The position numbers and the translations under genes were made by a program. From Eledone cirrhosa (lineage: Eukaryota), in the NCBI GenBank assembly GCA_964016885.1, contig OZ024741.1:378262001-378326000 (forward strand): 64,000 nt of DNA. The letters run 5' to 3'. Each line of letters opens with the position of its first letter. Within the stretch, counting starts at the first letter, position 1. The notes under the pieces were generated by a model that saw only the letters and a list, made by a program, of their open reading frames with translations, did not search any database and had not been told where the DNA came from. Shown here one piece after another: positions 1 to 11,215 of this stretch.

Positions 1-72
1 GTCATTTGCAATTGGAACACATGTATACTTATATATGTGGACATCCTTCTCATATATCCAATTATATTACTT

Positions 73-268
<196 letters not shown>

Positions 269-1844
269 ATACATACAGACAGGCGCACATAAAAACTCAA
301 TGTTTGATTGTACAAGAACTATAGGGTTTGTTTGAAGACCAATCAGTCTATTTCTGAATAGATGTGGTTTCACGTTTGTAGAGGTTGTTTCGCTCAATAT
401 CATATACAATGAGGAGTTAAGCAACTCATCAGAAAACAGACGTTTGGCAAATCTTTGGGAGAAACGACGTTTTCACTTTGATTGCTTATACATCAATGTA
501 TAACTTTCGTTTCCTTTTACTGTAAATTAATTAATTGATTTATTGTTAAGGCTATATTCAGTGCTAGACACTAATCAATATGAAGATCATTGGAAGTCAG
601 ATATTTTTAGATGCAATCTCTCAGTTTTGATTGAGTGTATTATATATTCATAAATTCTCTAAGACAAAAATGCGTTCGAGTGAGAAAACTTTACTAACAG
701 TGAAATAAGAATAATATGATTTAGTTATATTTCAGATATTCATTTTATAGAAGCCGTTTTCAATTCACACAATCTAATGAATTGTTTCTCAAAATTATCT
801 ATTTTTCCACTTCAAATATGAAAATATGAAGAATATGACAACATAGGTAAAACGGACTCCAGACACCTAAATATGTATGTGAGACAATGCTGTATAATCA
901 ATGCTTATTATTAACTTACTGAAAGTTACATTTACGTTAACATCATTGAATATTTCCTGTAATCTGTGCAATTATATATTTCGTCATATTAATCAATATT
1001 GATTATAAATTGAAATGTATATAATTCAGTTAAAACCAAATTCTTCCTATATTTCATTGCCTTCCTCTTGTATTTAAATAAATTCGTATAAAAGCAATTT
1101 ATTTTATATTTATATGCCTCTATATGCGCCGCATTGTAGGTTGTAACATACATATCTTGATTTTACAATGAACAAGCAGGGTTCATTAATGCACTGGGGA
1201 ATTTATTACTGCATACATAGCTTATGTGACAATGTTAAATTGAAATCCTTTCCTATTATCATAGAAGATAGAAAAGAACTACCATTTCATATGGATCACC
1301 ACGGCGCGAGTAGCCATTGTTGGTATAAATCCATTTGTTTATCATTTGTACAAACCAAAGATCATTGGCAACCTTATTATCAACAATGCTGTAGATCTTA
1401 ATTCTATACATAAGGCGTGCTTCCTTTCAGATAGCTTGTCCAGAAAATGTGTCTAGTGCATGTATCTAAGGTGTATAAAGTCTGGCTGGGCTATGCGTTT
1501 ATTTAATAATATTTTGGTACAATATTGTGCACATTTCGAAAGCGGAGTCTACATAAATGTGTAAATATTGTCTTCAAAAGCAACCAGGCTTATCTAGAGG
1601 TAGTTACTTACAAAACTAAATGAGGTTGCTAGGCGGCCATTACTTCAATGTTTAGGAAGTTAATTAACTGAAAAATGTTGGAACTTAATTTAGCTGTGTA
1701 CATTATCATATTCTATGTGACATTATGATAACCAACATACATTTCCGATCGATTATGATATGTATTGGAGACCTATGTGTCTGTATCGGAAATACACAAA
1801 TTAAATGTAGCACTGGAATATTAGTTATATCATTACCTATTAGA

Positions 1845-4658
1845 TTGGCTAGTTAATTTTCGTCGACGCCTAGAGTTTCCCCAAGTACGTTGCCGCTCTT
1901 CCCCTCCACTAATCCTTTATAGAACGCCAAGGTGGAGTTTCCTCCGATCACATTGCCCGCCTGGTCCAGGGCCATGAGCGACTGAAGACATTCCATTCAC
2001 AAAACGCTACCTCTCGATACTTCGCTTGAACCAGGACTGCAGCTCGTCAAGGAGACGAACTGGGGAAAGACGCGTCTAACAAACGGCGACCGCACCTGAT
2101 CAACGTCGAGGAAGAAGTGAAGATGTCGTAGCCTGAACGCGTGTCTGCGCATCATCAGACACGGCATGCCCAGCCCTCCACGTAGCGGGTGTTGACAGAA
2201 GAGGGACCGCCTGACCATCGGAGCGCGTCCTTTCCACAAAAAGTGAAAAAGCAAACGCTCCAGCGCAGTCAGGCGAGTCTTAAGTCAAGGCACGACGGTC
2301 AGGCGGTAGTAGATGACGGACGCGATGTACGCATTCGCCACCTCCGCTCGACCTTTCAGGAATAGCTTCCTCTCTGCCAATTCTGGGTGAGAGAAGCCAC
2401 CCTGCTCGTCACCTCGTCCCAGTTTTTGTCCGTCTGGAGGTCCGGAGCGAACCAAACCCCTAGCAATTTAACCGGTCCGTCGGTCAAGCGCCCGACGACG
2501 CTGTTTGGTTGCATGGACCTGCCTCTCCAGGTGCCGAGCTGCAGGCCCACCGAGATTTCCTGGTTGATCATTGCTCCTGTCACCGCTTCGTATTCTCTTA
2601 TTGTAGTGCCGATCGCCTCGATGTGTTTGGCGTTCGACACCACTACGGTGACATGTTCCGCACATGCTGACTGGGATATTCCTCATGCTAGTTCGCGCAG
2701 GACACCCCCTCAACGTCTCAAGTTTGTGCAGTAACTGCTTGAGAGTCGATACGTACAAGAGGGACGAGAAGGAACATCCTTGGCAGACCGAGCGCATGAT
2801 GTTGAACGGTTCCGAAAGGTGACCGTAACACTCTCACCACAGAGCTGATGTCGCTGTGCATGGCAGCGATCCTGTCTCTGAAGACAGGCCCAAAGCCAGC
2901 CGCCCTCAGGACTGCCGCCAGATAAGGATGGTCGAACCAATCGACTGATCTAATTCGACTGATATAAATTGATCAAGGACACAGCCGTGCCAGGTTCCCT
3001 AGCTATACTCTCCACGATGTATCGCATGAGGTGGAGGATGTCGTGGATGTATATATCGGGGGGCATGTCTGCGCCTCTCTCACCAAACCACCAACGACAA
3101 GCGCCAACCTCTTTGCTAGCATCTTGGCCAAAATCTTGAACACTGCGTTTATCAGAGTTATGGGTCTGAAATTATCTATGTTATCCCCCTTGTTCGGATC
3201 TTTTTTCAGCAGCGCAACCGCTCCTCAGCTCACAGAGCTTGGAAATCTCCCGTTCTGTTGCCAGTTCCAGTAGACGACCGCGAAGAGGCCTCCGAACAAG
3301 TCTGGCATCTGTACGTAAAGTTCATAGGGCAGACAATGGAAACCAGGCGATTTATGCAGCCAATCATTGCCTCCCGTACATCAGCTTCTGTTATCGGCTT
3401 TCCGCAACACTTCCCCTCAGTGGCGGAGAGCCGCGGCAGTCCGTCGAGGTAGACACTAAATTACATCCCTCGATCCAGCCCACCTCTGCGCCCGTACAGC
3501 TGAACGAAGTTTCGCTGAAAAACTTCGCACATTTGCCCGGGATCGAGTAGCATGCGCCCGTCGTTGTCCACCAAAGACTGGATCGTGGCTGTGTTGCCAT
3601 GACGCGCCTCCGCCACTCGGGCCCATTGAACGGCTTTCGTGCCTCGTGTCTGACAGGACGCACCTTAGCTCTGACAACGCAGCCTTCCTACTTTGCATTG
3701 AAGAATTGGTCGCGATGCCTTTGCTAAGCGCCTCCTCTAATTTTCTAACTAGTTCTCCGTCTGCTCTATTTTTCTCAATAGCTAAATCCTCACTAAACCA
3801 TATTTTAATCGCTCTTTTCAGAGCAAACCACCACTTGATGTTGAAGATGGCCCCCTTCAACGCCCGCGTAACTAGTTCCCTAATCCGGTCTCTGTAGCCC
3901 TTGCGCGTGGGTAAGGACGCGTTTAGCTTCCAGTACCCGGGTCCTCGTCTATGAAGACTATCTATGTCAAGCACACAGATCACGAATTTGTTGTCCGTGA
4001 ATTGTAGACAGCCTATGCTAGACCTATCTATTTCCCTACAAAATACTATATCTAGATATGATCTGGATGACCCGAAGCGGTTTGTCCAAGTCCACATTGG
4101 CACATTCGGGAAAGCCAATCGGTACCTGTCAGACAGTTCAAAACGCCTGAGCACGTTGGTGAGGCTCTTGCTCCCTCCTCCACTATCCGCTAATCCCACA
4201 CAGTCCCAGCGTGCATCTATTCCATTCCAGTCGCACATTAACACTAAAGATTGGGACGTTCCAAGAAAGGTCTACAGACGCCGGAAGAAATCAGGCCGCC
4301 CTGCTCCTGTCGGGTCATAGACGACCACTAGCCTGAAAGCTTGCCCGTCTCCGCTGGTCACGTCCAGCACCACCAACTTACCTTCTGGCTCCAGCAGGAT
4401 GGTATCGTATGGCGAGATCCAAACCTCTCCGAAAAAGCACAGCAACTCTTCGCCCCCCCCCCGATCCAGGCGGGTGGGAGCTGCGTACACATCGTAGCCG
4501 CCGAAGATCGGTGCGAAGGCCCGTGCTTCGGAGATTCTGGTCTCGCTGATGACAACTACATCTATGTTTAGTGACCTGACGTCGTTGAGAAGGTGGCCCT
4601 GCTTCCATGACGACCCCAAGCCACGCGCATTTATGCTGCCTATTCTGAGTGAGGTCAT
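1845..4658 (-). pseudogene. T1 ORF2, APE endonuclease + reverse transcriptase, frameshifted
   Basis: MTSLRIGSINARGL, VISET, SYLDIVF and GPGYWKLN (APE domain and linker); VCQGCSFSSLLY, VKLLGVWF and GGLGMP (RT and thumb) are spread over several frames. Confidence 0.9.
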
Positions 4659-4691
4659 GTTGAATTGAGTGGAAAAGATGGGAAAGCCCAC

Positions 4692-6481
4692 TTACCTTAC
4701 TTATCGTAGAGGAAGGATGGTTTCTCCATCCTTTTCTGCTTGTGGCCTCCTCCGGAAGCATTTCCTTATAAATCCTCCTGGAGAGTGCTTGTCGGAAGTC
4801 TCCGATGTCTTTGGGGAATCTTTGTTTTAGTGTCGTGTACATTTTCTGTGTGATGCGAGTGATTTATATGTGTGGAGGTGGTGTGAACTTTTGGGTTGTT
4901 GTGTAGTCTTTTTCTGTGATGCTGGAATTGTGTTAGATGTTGTGTAATAGTTGGTTGTTGTTCAAATTTAAAGCTGTGTAGTGTGTATCGTTTTGATTGT
5001 TTTGTTTTGTTTACGTTTGTTGTTGGTTTGTTTCTGTTTCGCTTTTTGGTGACTTTTGTGGTGCTGTTGATGGTGACGTTGGGGTTAATGATGGTGATGG
5101 TGTTGGCGTTTGTGGTGATGGGAATGGTGATGCTGGTGTGGATGGTGGCATAGCTGTCCTAACGTTTTTGTTTGATAGTTTATTTCTTTCCTTCTGTATT
5201 TAGTTTTTGAAGGGGGAAGGAAGGGGATTTTATCTTTTTTGACTTATTTTTCTTTTTTTCTTTTTTCCTGATACCGGATCCCACTCCTCGTCGTCACAAC
5301 CTGTCTCCAGTTCGATACGTTGGGGAGTGGAAAATCCACAGCCATTTGTTTTGGTTGTTGTGTGGTGGATGGTGTAGGCGCTGGTGCTAGTTCTGACCCG
5401 TTGGGTGGTGGTGGTGTTGGTTTTGCTACTGTTGCTGGGGTTGTTGCTGCTACAGTTGCTGGGGTTGTTGCTGATACAGTTGTTGCTGCAATTTCTGCTG
5501 CTGCTGGTGTTGAAGGTTGAGTCACTGTGGTGGGTAAGAGAGGTGGCCTAAACATTTTAGACTGAGGGCAGAAAACCTTAGGTGTGTTACATCACCACAA
5601 ACGACAGACCTAGGCCTTCTACCCTCGACAATTACGGTGAGGTGGCTGCCGTCAGTGAGGTCTGTTATCTCTGGGATGTCCTTAATGCTTTTTGTTCCGC
5701 TTGGATCAGGAGCTCCATCCCAGATCCGGACCAGTTCGCCTGCTTTTCTTTTGCTATTTCTATTATTTTGGTGTTGGCCTCACTGCCGGCGACCGAGGAC
5801 GGCAGCCATTAGCCAGGGAATTTCGATGGCCGGTGGAACGTGGGTCACCCTGATCTTTACGAGTCTCTGGCCATAATAGCTTGGGACGAGTGTGAAGTCG
5901 TCGCTTCTTAATGGGCTCTCTGGCCTCCTGTGGTGTTCCAAAGAACACGTCCACGGTTCCATATTTCTTCCTATGTCTGATGTGGGATTTTTTGCCCACA
6001 CATGTCCCAAAGCTTTTTGGATTTGGGACTCGGATGCCCGTTCCACTCTGCGCGATTTTATGTTAATCGTCCGATAAGACACGGTGCATAGGTGCCGATG
6101 CTCCAGTTCATTAGGTGGGGGTGAGGTGACCCTGTACCCATCTTTCTTTACCATTTTTTTGGCTTCTTCTAATTCCTCCTGAGTTACCTGGAATGCTTCG
6201 CACTTTTTTGCTACTCTGGCAAAGGACAGGGTTTTTATTCTCATTGTTGATGTTGTTGTTATCGTTATTTTTGTTATTGTTAATTTAGTTTCAGTTGTGG
6301 TGGCGGTTACGTGAATGGTGTTTGGTGTGGAAGAGTTCATTTTGGCAGAATTCGTTTCGATATCACGAGATAATTTATTTTTTTCTTTTGTTTCTGTTGC
6401 CGCTGTGGTGGTGGTGTGGGTGGAGGCTTCAACACCTGCAGTCAATGGTAATGGTAGGAAATGAATGTCTGCCTGAAACAT
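4692..6481 (-). pseudogene. T1 ORF1, nucleic-acid-binding/gag-like, disrupted
   Basis: LSFARVAK, VKIRVTHVPP (RRM-like), degenerate knuckle VVCGDVTHLR near 5580-5610 and a P/T-rich linker; protein-level similarity to T2 ORF1. Confidence 0.7.
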
Positions 6482-6830
6482 ATTTAAAATATTGCTACTG
6501 CTTATATTTTTAGTGTTGGCAAACGTAGTAATATTTACAATTGTGGTGTCGATGTGAGGTGTAGTTTATGAGGAAGGCTATCAGCTACTGGGCGCAGCTG
6601 TGAGTCGGCCATTAATTTTTCAAAGATATTTTTTTTTCGTTTGATAATTATAAAAGTTTAAATTTTGGGCTCAAGGCTCCTATCTTTTTGAGTGTCCTTT
6701 TCAGAAAACAATGTATGTGCACTTATATAGAGTTAACAATAAACATTTTCCATAAATGCCAAATTTAAACAACTGAAAGTAACAAACTTTTGCGGAGCTC
6801 ACGATAATAAAATTTCCTACGTAGGTCGCC

Positions 6831-6884
<54 letters not shown>

Positions 6885-6894
6885 TATTATTATT
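6831..6894. repeat. (TAA)n switching to (TTA)n
   Basis: About 17 TAA units, then about 4 TTA units. Confidence 0.95.
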
Positions 6895-6990
6895 GTCCCA
6901 AGTCTTAACAAAATGTTTAATCCCAACATTAAGGGAATTTAGGTCAACACATATACGCGACTAACCCCATATATTCACCGAACGGACATC

Positions 6991-9900
6991 AGTCCTTCAT
7001 TGCTACCACCGCTACAACACCATCACTACTGCCATCATTACTACCACTATCCCATCACCGCCACCACCACTCCTTCATTGCTACCACCGCTACAACACCA
7101 TCACTACAGTAATACGATCACATCACCACCACTGCCTCGGTATCGACATCACCACCACCACTGTCTCAGTATCGCTACCGCCGCTATTCTCTCCCATTGC
7201 TTCCTGCTAGTTGCTGCCACCATATTATAGAATTCCTACTAAAAAAGAGGAAGGCATCAAAATATATAGATATACTCAAAAGAAAAAAGAAAAAACAAAC
7301 ATCAAAACCAAAGCAGCACAGCAACAACAGCAAAACACGAGAAAAAAAAACAAAACAAAAAAAAAAAACAAACAAAAAAACAAACGTAAAGAAAATAAGA
7401 ATGAAGAGAGAAACAAGCGGACGGACAGAGAAGAGAAGGGAAAAACCAAGTCAAACATTCGAACACTACATTACAATGAAACTTATGCTTATTCATTTTG
7501 GGGTTTTTTCTGCCTGTGTGTTTGTTTATTTGTGTTCGTCTACAGCGTGGTGATAATGCCACACAAGAGCCAAGTGGAGCGGCGAAACCACCGGAGACGG
7601 TGAATCCACAGACAGATGGCTATGTAACCATACATTCGCCAATCCTCGATAAGAGTGTTTAAATATCGAACCTAAACAGTTCGAATAACGGTGAAATGGA
7701 GACTAGAACGTCATGTGACAGACTCTCACCCAACAGGTGCTCCCTGGCTCAGCAGCAGGAACCTGACTGTCAACCAAATACTGCTGGTGTTGGAGGAAGA
7801 AGAAGAAGGAAAGGGGCCAGAACCAACTGGACGAAAGAATTGAATAGAACTGTTATGCAATGTTACCTGAAAAGTAACCCCAAGGAGAGGGGCTATAGGA
7901 GACGGATGCATAACATCTGGAACGAGATTGGTCTATTTAAATTAGATGAACAAAAATTGGCCGGGCAGGCTCGGGTAATAAGAACTAATGGGTGGAGAAG
8001 CGAGCTGGAACTGGAGGAACTGAGCAGAGAGAATAGCTTGGAGATGGAGGGTGTAGTATGCCAGACAAACGAGCCAGTGGGAAATGAAGGTGAAGAGGTC
8101 GAGAGAACGGAGGAACCACCAGAAGCAGACAATGATCTGAATACTGAGATAAATAATACCTGGAACAGAGATACGGACACGGAGGAGATGAATGCTGACG
8201 GGCTAGGACAAGATTCGGTTGACATCCTAAATTTAGTGGTAGATGAAATGAACAATGATAGTGGGAGACCTATGAACCTAAGATTTGTAGACAGGAAAAA
8301 GTTAAAAGAAACAACAGCTAAGGTAAACAAAGTCATCCCATACCTTGAGGCGAGGAGCCTTCACCAGTGTAACAATATCCTCAAAGCAACAGCAAATACG
8401 GTGAGAAAACTACTTGGTATAAAAGCGAGAGGAAACAACAGGCAAGAAAGAGCAGAGCCTTGGTAGAAGAAACGACTGAGTGGTCAAATCAAGGAAATGA
8501 GAAATGAGATAGGAAAGCTTGAGTCACTACTGAATCGGACACTAAAAAACATAGGCACTAAAAATAGACTGGAAATAAAGTACAAAACTAGTAGGAAAAA
8601 GCTAAATATTATCATAGAGGAACTGAAGCAACGCATTGTAGCAAAGAGTGCAAAAATGAGGCGATACAAGAACAGAGTCTGTCAGTATAAACAGAACCGC
8701 ATGTTCGACAACAACTAGAAGATGCTGTTTGGACAGCTTGAGGGGAAAGAAAGAGGCAACGACTTGATCCCTGAGGCGGAACAAACTAAAACATTCTGGA
8801 GAGGAATATGGGAGCATGATATTAGACATAATGACCAGGCAGGGTGGATTGAGACAGTACAGAGGGAGATCGGTGAGCAGGCATACCAACAAACTGATTT
8901 GAGTATCACAGTTGAAACTCTTAAGGGGCAGGCCAAAAACATAACCAACTGGAAATCACCAGGCCCAGATGGTGTGCAGGGGTATTGGATTAAAAATTTA
9001 ACATCCCTCCACCCGAAACTGACAGCCATATTCAATGACTGCTTGGTGTCGGGTGAGGTGCCAGAGTGGTTGACAAAAGGTACCACAATTCTGATAATGA
9101 AAGACCGAATCAAGGGTAATGATGTTACCAACTATAGACTTATTACATGTCTGTCCGTAATGTGGAAACTGTTGACGAGCATTGTGTCTGAGGAAATCTA
9201 CCATCACCTCCACACAAACAACTTGTTACCGGACGAACAGAAAGGATGCCGAAAGAAGTCACGTGGTACAAAGGACCAGTTACTTATTGATAAGATGGTA
9301 ATGGGAAATTGCAGGAGGAGACACACTGATCTTGCCATGGGATGGATAGACTACAGAAAGGCATTTGACATGGTGCCTCGTTCTTGGATCACCAAAAGCC
9401 TGGAGATCTTCAAGGTGGCAGATAACATCAGACAGTTGCTGGGCAGGAGTATGGGGTCCTGGCAGACAGAGTTGTCATCAACTGGAGAATCCTTGGGAAG
9501 CGTGAAGATCAAGAGAGGTATCTTCCAGGGAGATAGGCTGTCCCCTCTGTTGTTTGTACTTGCCCTCATGCCCTTGACCATTATACTGCGAAAAGTGAGA
9601 GCAGGATATAAGTTGGGAAAGGGAGGACTTACCATCAATCACCTCCTCTTCATGGACGATCGTAAGCTCTTCGGGAAGAGTGAGAAGGAGTTGGATGTGC
9701 TTGTTGACAGTGTCCGTATTTTCAGCAGTGATATATGTATGCAGTTTGGTATTAGTAAGTGTGGAGTCATTGTGATGAGGAGGGGTAGGTTGAGCAGAAG
9801 TAACGGAATCCAGATACCAACAGGTGAGATGATAAAGGAAAATGACTCTGAGAAAGGATACAAGTATTTGGGCGTTCTGGAGGCTGATGGCATAAAGAAC

Positions 9901-11159
9901 AAAAAAATGAAGGAATTGTTAAGAACTGAATACATTTGGAGAGTAAGGAGCGTATTGAAGTCACATCTGAACAGCAGAAATGCCATAAGCGCAGTAAATT
10001 CCCGAGATGTGTCCATTATTAGGTACAGTGCGGGAATTCTGAGATGGAATGTTGCTGAACAAAAAGAGATGGATAGGAAGACTTGAAAGCTATTGACTAT
10101 CTACAACATGTTCCATAAGAGGAGTGATGTCGATAGACTCTACCTAAGGAGATCTGAGGGTGGAAGAGGTCTCATCAGCATAGAGGACTGTGTTCAGATG
10201 GAGAAAAACAACCTATACAAATACGTGACTGATAGTAAGGAGCCAATGCTCAGAACTGTACTGAAGGAGGGGACAATAGGCCAGGGGATATCCAAGGGGG
10301 AAATAACATCAAGGAGAAAGAGCAGCCTTCAGGGAAAATCCATTCATAGTACCTTCTTTGAGAAAACTGAATTTAGAGATCCACAGACATGGAAATGGTT
10401 GAGAAGAGGAGACCTCAAAAAGGCTACAGAAGGAATGTTAATGGCTGCGCAGGAGCAGGTCCTTAAAACGAAGTGGTTGAAACACCATATTTACAAGGAG
10501 GAGGCTAGCCCACTGTGCAGGATCTGTGGAGAGAGAGAGGAGACTGTGGCTCACATTGTATCCGAGTGTAAACACCTAGCCCAGACCTACTATAAGGGCT
10601 GGAGACATGATGTGATGGGCAGGGTGATCCACTGGCACCTGTGCAAAGTAAACAATTCACCACATTATGAGAAATGGTATGAGCATAGGCCAGAGGCGGT
10701 GATGGAGAACGATCACGTGAAGGCGCTGTGGGATTTTAGGATACAGACGGACAAGAAACTGGAACACAATAGACCTGATCTGGTGGTTGTGGACAAAGAA
10801 AAAAGATCGTGTCTGATTGTGGATGTGGCCTGCCCATTCGACACGAGAGTGCAAGAGAAGGAGAGGGAGAAAATTAACCGATACCAGGACTTAAAGTGGG
10901 AGGTAAAAAGGATTTGGAAATGCCATGAAGTCAAAGTGATCCCGATTGTCATAGGCGCACTGGGGACTATCTCCAAAAGTTTCCAGGATGGTTAAAGAAA
11001 ACGGCCCCTTCACGCTTTTTGGAACGCTTCAAAAGGCATGCTTGCTGGGAACAGCAAGAACCCTCCGATACGTCCTGAATATCTGAGGCTGCAGGTAATG
11101 GCTTGATATCCATTCCAACGGACTTTCCAGTTAACCAACATCAATGACTGAGATTCAAG

Positions 11160-11160
<1 letters not shown>
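6991..11160 (+). mobile_element. R4/Dong-like retrotransposon, array copy 1 (parent A)
   Basis: CCA-rich 5' UTR, single RT-CCHC-RLE ORF, short 3' UTR and (TAA)18 tail at 11161-11214. The 5' boundary is approximate. Confidence 0.9.
7696..11086 (+). pseudogene. Dong copy 1 RT/RLE polyprotein, disrupted
   Basis: In-frame stops at 8464, 8716 and 10084, plus a frameshift near 10987. Motifs KSPGPDG, IDYRKAFD, GIFQGD, FMDD, CRIC..H..SEC, RHD, RPDL..IVDVACP..K. Confidence 0.92.

Positions 11161-11214
<54 letters not shown>

Positions 11215-11215
<1 letters not shown>

Larger units (their letters stand above)
1845..6830 (-). mobile_element. Tx1/L1-like non-LTR retrotransposon copy T1 (degenerate, 3' end missing)
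   Basis: ORF1 remnant followed by APE-RT ORF2 remnant. ORF2 DNA is collinear with T2 (33380-35950). The 5' end abuts (TAA)n at 6831. Homology to T2 stops at ~1845, so the C-terminus and 3' UTR are absent. Confidence 0.9.

Noticed and set aside
1168-1480. Possible host exon or ORF (77-aa + ORF; minus-strand IVDNKVANDLWF.. with a GT donor)
   Set aside because: No recognisable domain and no consistent exon chain; it cannot be supported without transcripts.
7461-7695. HDV-like ribozyme in the Dong 5' UTR (GAACACT/AGTGTTT as P1, TCCTCG as L3, a P4-like hairpin)
   Set aside because: No pairable P3, no GG for P1.1, and no properly placed catalytic C in J4/2.
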